DNA of 62,986 nucleotides, filler included, from Globobulimina sp. (lineage: Eukaryota): the NCBI GenBank assembly GCA_003354225.1. It is 39 parts of 39 records of this genome, joined end to end, with 100 filler letters (N's around TTAATTAATTAA, not from the genome) between each part and the next. Parts side by side here need not be neighbours in the genome. Positions count along the whole stretch, not along the records: positions 61,471 to 62,986 come from PIVH01015442.1; 38 more parts are not named here. One strand, 5' to 3'. Below the pieces are notes generated by a model, which saw only the letters and a program-made list of their open reading frames with translations, searched no databases and was not told the origin of the DNA. Numbering within the stretch: the first letter of the stretch is position 1; the number at the start of each line of letters is the position of its first letter. Positions 62,302-62,986 of this stretch are shown in pieces. A program made the translations under genes and the position numbers.

Positions 62302-62372
62302 TATACTAATATGTCAGCTCCGCCCCGATGCTTTCGAGTGTCGGGAATTTGGTGGTAAACGAAATAAACAAT

Positions 62373-62528
62373 ATGAAAATCGAAAACACTGCAAAAGATT
62401 GTAATGAATGCGTTTACTTGGTTGATGGAAAATGCACCCACCCCAAACGAACCGAGCAAAACAAAATCGAAGAGGTTTCGATTGATGAAAGCTTTGGTTT
62501 GTGTGGCTGGTTTGAGGAAAACGATTAA
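62373..62528 (+). CDS. Small Cys4 protein
   Basis: CNEC......C...C.WF. Confidence 0.6.
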   Translation: MKIENTAKDCNECVYLVDGKCTHPKRTEQNKIEEVSIDESFGLCGWFEEND

Positions 62529-62550
62529 TTAACAAATAAAAAAAAGACAT

Positions 62551-62853
62551 ATGATAAATATTACAGAACAACAATTAAGAGAGGTAGTGACTCAGGCACA
62601 CATGGCAGGACAACACAACCAAGCGCATTGCGATCCAAGTTACTATGAGGCAGAGGTACATTGGCAAAAGAAAGTTAAAAATAATGCTTGTATAGATAAT
62701 GTTAGCATGAGTGAGCCTATTAACATCTTACTTAAATACATAGTTAATTGCTACAAAGTAATAAATAATGAAGATGATTATCGCAGAGAAATGATAAAAA
62801 TAAGCATGAAAGCAAGTGAGATATTAGAAGAATTTTCTAAACATTCATGCTAA
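62551..62853 (+). CDS. Phage-like hypothetical protein; C-terminal half lies inside a putative cassette
   Basis: 100-aa ORF whose TAA stop falls within the TAAC inverse core. Confidence 0.65.
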   Translation: MINITEQQLREVVTQAHMAGQHNQAHCDPSYYEAEVHWQKKVKNNACIDNVSMSEPINILLKYIVNCYKVINNEDDYRREMIKISMKASEILEEFSKHSC

Positions 62854-62912
62854 CGCTTGGCTAGAAATAAGCGAAGCGACCCGAAGGGTTATTTTTTAGC
62901 CATTTGTTATGT
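62848..62912 (+). mobile_element. Integron attC-like recombination site (65 nt)
   Basis: TGCTAAC...GTTATGT cores; inner arms TGGCTAGAAATAA / TTATTTTTTAGCCA; central ACCC-GAA-GGGT hairpin. Confidence 0.7.
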
Positions 62913-62986
62913 GTATTTATATTAAAAAAAAACAATATTATGTTAGTTATAAAAATAGCAGAAAAAATAAAAGATAAAGATTATCA

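Overview
This is not a contiguous locus. It is 39 unrelated contigs of about 1.5 kb, apparently sorted by length (1519 bp at the start, 1516 bp at the end), joined by an artificial 100-nt linker (N44-TTAATTAATTAA-N44). Synteny across linkers is therefore meaningless. Most contigs come from an AT-rich, gene-dense eukaryote with short GT-AG introns (47-156 nt where traced) and the standard code. Its genes include kinesin, RPL17, rhomboid, RBBP4-like, two G-alpha subunits, TM-RGS, pescadillo, P5A ATPase, P450, the flagellar genes SPEF1 and RSPH4/6, a PT-repeat secreted protein and an expanded ART-like family. This style suggests a rhizarian/foraminiferan-type protist (inference only). Mixed in are: decayed mobile elements (pogo-like DDE, BEL/Pao, DIRS/Ngaro-like RT); two bacterial gene fragments fused mid-contig to eukaryotic DNA (probable amplification chimeras); a virus-like contig with a PC4-like gene and a Bcl-2-like gene; and a Bacteroidota phage-like contig. 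That last contig carries an integron attC-like site delimiting a 205-bp cassette fused in-frame to the upstream ORF. All family assignments are from motif recognition by eye, not database searches.
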